Positions 61,701 through 64,000 of a stretch of 64,000 bases of DNA are shown here, piece after piece. Position 1 is the stretch's first letter, and each line of letters begins with the position of its first letter. Below the pieces are notes generated by a model. It had not been told where the DNA came from, searched no databases, and was given only the letters and a program-made list of their open reading frames with translations. Source of the stretch: Stylophora pistillata (taxonomy: Eukaryota); contig NW_019217808.1 in the NCBI RefSeq assembly GCF_002571385.2, forward strand, positions 320,035 to 384,034. The letters are read 5' to 3'. Position numbers and translations under genes: made by a program.

Positions 61701-64000
61701 GGATCGGCCATTATCGAGCAGCTTGGCGGCCTGGACGGGAGGAATTTAGATTATACACGATATCTGAACAGAGGATGCACGTTACAACCAAGAGACGATC
61801 AAAGTAAGAGAATTCACCCAATAAATTGGACTCTTTTCATAAAGATAGCCTCACCCAGACCCACGCTGAATCCTGATTTAAACAAAGATATTCGCAGAGT
61901 TGATTTAAGTGATTGAAGCGAGTTGGGAAACACTTACTTGTTGTCCTTTGGAGTGTGCAAAATGGCTGTCATCTTTGAGCGAGATCCTTCGTGGATCACC
62001 TTTAGACATCTTGCTGACTTTGCGACCAAATAACCTGTGATTTAAAAAGAGATTAATCCTTTCGCTCTCACCAGTGACCAAGACATAATTTTTCCTTACC
62101 GTATCAATATAATATCAAGCAGACAAGTGATGAGAATAAAGTAAAATGTCAATGAGGGGATTATGGGTGGATCAAATACTAAATTATCCAAACTGATTAA
62201 AAATTTTGGATTCAAAGACGCAGCTAAACACCTACTTTTGGAATTCTTTTCTATTGAAGTCCAACTCTTTTATATATTTCCAAATACTGCTCTTGGATTT
62301 ATTGTTGTTCACATCACCAGCGTCTTGTTCATCTGAAAAAAAAAAAAAAAATAAAAAAAAATAAAAAGCGACGTCGTGGTTTTCATAAGAACTTAATTTG
62401 ACCTCTTTTAAGTAACAAGTAGTAACGTTTAAAGTGTCCGGCTTTTTGAATTTTTTCTGCTCATAGTCCAGGTTTTACAAGACTTGCTCAAAATCATTCA
62501 TTCAGTAAACAGTGCCAGCTGAATTACATAGATCCACTTAAATTGGACAAAGGGGTCTCCATGCCAGATCAACTATCTCCTCTCTGGCACAGAACTTTGA
62601 TAGTATCACAAAACCAACCTGATATCAAAATCCTTGTCCAAAACAGCGGTTTCATTTCCACGTCAGGTTTTACGGCAGCTTTCTTCGGCTTAACCCCTCC
62701 TGCTAGCCGACGGCCTCCAGGTCNNNNNNNNNNNNNNNNNNNNNNNNNNNNNNNNNNNNNNNNNNNNNNNNNNNNNNNNNNNNNNNNNNNNNNNNNNNNN
62801 NNNNNNNNNNNNNNNNNNNNNNNNNNNNNNNNNNNNNNNNNNNNNNNNNNNNNNNNNNNNNNNNNNNNNNNNNNNNNNNNNNNNNNNNNNNNNNNNNNNN
62901 NNNNNNNNNNNNNNNNNNNNNNNNNNNNNNNNNNNNNNNNNNNNNNNNNNNNNNNNNNNNNNNNNNNNNNNNNNNNNNNNNNNNNNNNNNNNNNNNNNNN
63001 NNNNNNNNNNNNNNNNNNNNNNNNNNNNNNNNNNNNNNNNNNNNNNNNNNNNNNNNNNNNNNNNNNNNNNNNNNNNNNNNNNNNNNNNNNNNNNNNNNNN
63101 NNNNNNNNNNNNNNNNNNNNNNNNNNNNNNNNNNNNNNNNNNNNNNNNNNNNNNNNNNNNNNNNNNNNNNNNNNNNNNNNNNNNNNNNNNNNNNNNNNNN
63201 NNNNNNNNNNNNNNNNNNNNNNNNNNNNNNNNNNNNNNNNNNNNNNNNNNNNNNNNNNNNNNNNNNNNNNNNNNNNNNNNNNNNNNNNNNNNNNNNNNNG
63301 GGTGGGGCGGAGACGGATATACTGGACATTGAGCTGGACCTTGACAGATCAGAGGAAGGCTCACTTTCCATTGTATCTTCAGAAGGCGTCATGTCTTTTA
63401 CTCGTTCAAATTCTTGCTTCATTTCGTTTATTTTTTCTTGGTAATTTGATATCTCCAGTTGGTGCTCTGCTTTGATTCGCTCAATTTCTTTCTTCAGAAA
63501 GTCAACAGTTTCTTTGTCTTGTTGTACTTGTGAATCGTGTGAATCAGTTCCTGTAGAAGGCGACTGCTTTGTTGGAACACTCTCGTCTTTTTCCCCATCA
63601 TGGAAACCATTCACCATTTTGACGGGCGAGATTTTTCGGACCTTTGGGGTAGCACTTTCTCCAGCACCTTTTGGATTAATAAAGGGCGATGTCTTTATGG
63701 ATGGGGCCATTATATCAACTTTCTCGGTCTTAGTTTTGTCATCAGTGGTTGTCTCACGAGGAGATGTAGAAGCCGTCTTCCTTCCCTGAACAATTATTGG
63801 AGCTTTAGCCACGAACGTCTGCGTGGCGGCTTTCACTTCTTGAGCTTTTTCTTCTTGAACGGCTTTTTTAATGGGAATAAACCCACCATTTTGGTGCGCA
63901 GTGGATTTTATGTCCTCACTCACAGAACCGGTTTCAATTTTTTGAACTTGTGGAGCCCTATGCATGGTCACCGAACCGGTTTGAACCTGTTGAACCTGTG
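55766..64000 (-). CDS. Formin, FMN/Cappuccino subfamily (FH1-FH2); 5' end lies beyond the window; contains an in-frame TAG at 57912-57914
   Basis: Exons in plus coordinates: 62619-64000 (partial; FH1 poly-Pro in the gap), 62236-62332, 61938-62034, 61603-61730, 61272-61351, 60974-61090, 60842-60890, 59948-60077, 59420-59536, 59224-59248, 59072-59115, 58462-58540, 57894-57994, 57582-57647, 56253-56309, 55766-55846. FH2 motifs: [70 protein letters not shown]. Basic C-terminal tail. Confidence 0.88.
60196..60763. mobile_element. MITE with CAGCGGCGTAGCCAGG / CCTGGCTACGCCCTTG termini, spanning an assembly gap
   Basis: Terminal inverted repeats at about 60197-60212 and 60748-60763. Confidence 0.6.

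Noticed and set aside
62543-63475. Long ORFs crossing N-runs (also at 39863-40193 and 60049-60561)
   Set aside because: Their length comes from ambiguous bases. Only the minus-strand formin exon is supported.

Overview
Eukaryotic (animal) genomic DNA with GT-AG spliced genes, AT-rich introns and many short interspersed repeats. The repeat types suggest a cnidarian, probably a stony coral; this is inference. Seven protein-coding genes can be traced by hand. (1) A two-exon extended-SDR NAD-dependent sugar epimerase/dehydrogenase (+, 4712-6072) that resembles bacterial Cj1427/WcaG-type enzymes. (2) TCAIM (+, 9640-14501). (3) Anillin (-, 18063-28338). (4) An intronless ABCB9/TAP-like half transporter (-, 30740-33169). 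(5) VPS35 (+, 33526-45405), head-to-head with ABCB9; its intron 3 is U12-type. (6) An intronless orphan ORF with an MGCxxS lipidation motif (+, 50037-51023). (7) The 3' part of an FMN/Cappuccino-type formin (-, 55766 to beyond 64000), which has an in-frame TAG inside a conserved FH2 exon. Repeats include tRNA-derived SINEs, piggyBac-like and hairpin MITEs, and Penelope-like fragments with minimal hammerhead-ribozyme motifs. There are three assembly gaps. No CRISPR arrays, rRNA or true tRNA genes were found. The best leads are the possibly horizontally acquired sugar dehydrogenase, the minor intron with a MITE-created decoy branch site, the ABCB9 retrogene sharing a CLEAR-like bidirectional promoter with VPS35, and the formin nonsense codon.
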